DNA of 33,206 nucleotides from Perkinsus olseni (Eukaryota): NCBI GenBank assembly GCA_013115125.1, contig JABANN010000390.1, positions 1 to 33,206 of the forward strand, read 5' to 3'. Shown piece by piece: positions 32,296 to 33,206 of this stretch (position 1 is its first letter; each line of letters starts with the position of its first letter). The notes under the pieces were generated by a model. It saw only the letters and a program-made list of their open reading frames with translations, ran no database searches and was not told where the DNA came from. The position numbers and the translations under genes were made by a program.

Positions 32296-33206
32296 CTACG
32301 ACCAACGGTGGCAGCGGCCTTTGTATTGGTGATGAGTCACATCAAAGGAAGTCCAGGAGCAGCAGCCAACCTGGTTCAACGAGGGGACGAGTGAAAAGAA
32401 GAGATGAATGGAAGCCGCAAGATGGTTAGTGAGCCCACGTACTTTAATAACGAACAGCCTCAGGGCAATCACATCTAGAGTATCTGCAAAGTGAGCGACG
32501 GTCACTAAGCGTGCAAAACCGTTTCGCGACCAACACTCCAACTTGACCTATTTTGCATCTTGCCAGAGTCAACCCAAAGATTCCCTAGCGACCGTGCCCT
32601 CCCACTGACTTGAATGACATTAACGGGGCATCAATCTAATCCTGAAAACGTGAAGAGAATTCGAAGGAGCACGCAACCCGCTCGAGCCCTCCTTCCGAGT
32701 GAACTCCAAAAAAGTTGAGGAAACCCAAGAAGTTATAAGAGCGCAAGATGTCTCTTTGGACCGCGTGCCGCGTATGGCGCTCCCCGATTGCGTCGGCACG
32801 GTACTCTCTGTGTCGTTCCAGTTAGAGTAGATGTAACAACCGAGGGATAGTATGAGCTCCTTACAAGAGGCCGTAGTCGCAAAGGGACGTGGTTCTCGAT
32901 GTGAAAGGGTCCTCGGTCCAACTTGGAACGATCGGTGGCTGCCACAGGCGAAGCGTCGACTGTGGTTGGAACTGCGAATCAAGAGGAATCACCGAAATCC
33001 ACTTGAAGTCACGCAACCGAAGCTCGAGAGTTGCGAAAAGAACTATCAGCAGCACAGCCCTAAATGCACGGGCTGTGGGAGTACTTGAGTAGATACGACG
33101 GACGGGGATAGACTACAGAGGACCGAGTGGTCGACTATACACCCCTCCACAAATTCTTAGCATATCCGGTTTTTCGACTCGTGCACTGTCACCTGGACGA
33201 GTACGG
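32296..33206 (-). CDS. 3' part of a hypothetical multi-exon gene entering from the right edge
   Basis: Protein-like minus-strand ORF pieces (32861-33055, 32620-32982, 32296-32541) with GT/AG borders. No family recognised. Confidence 0.35.

Noticed and set aside
1-33206. CRISPR array, operon-type defence system, rRNA or intact transposon
   Set aside because: The gene structure is eukaryotic. I saw no regularly spaced repeats, rRNA signatures or transposase/RT motifs.

Overview
Eukaryotic, intron-rich genomic DNA, not prokaryotic. Many 42-60 nt GT-AG introns (one GC-AG), an intron-split histone H2B, a RAP/HPR-type repeat protein and a DLG-type PRP4/CLK3 kinase point to a myzozoan alveolate, most likely Perkinsus (inference). 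Manual splicing recovers about 14 genes, and everything from about 7.6 kb to the right end is on the minus strand. Best supported: histone H2B, PRP4K/CLK3, Brr6/Brl1, a mitochondrion-targeted helical-repeat protein, a SAP-domain protein with an RVxF motif, and a ~7.2 kb gene joining PH, putative C2, MCTP/PRT_C-type membrane and DysF domains. The most unusual signals are intronic. (1) Three introns in unrelated genes begin at their GT donor with the reverse complement of a tRNA 3' end, suggesting a tRNA-derived introner-like family. (2) Five introns of one gene carry a ~20 bp motif in both orientations with matched variants, so they could pair long-range in the pre-mRNA. (3) Introns contain 20-28 bp patches matching a neighbouring gene. 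All gene models were built by eye and boundaries of the hypothetical genes are approximate. No CRISPR, rRNA or intact transposase was seen.
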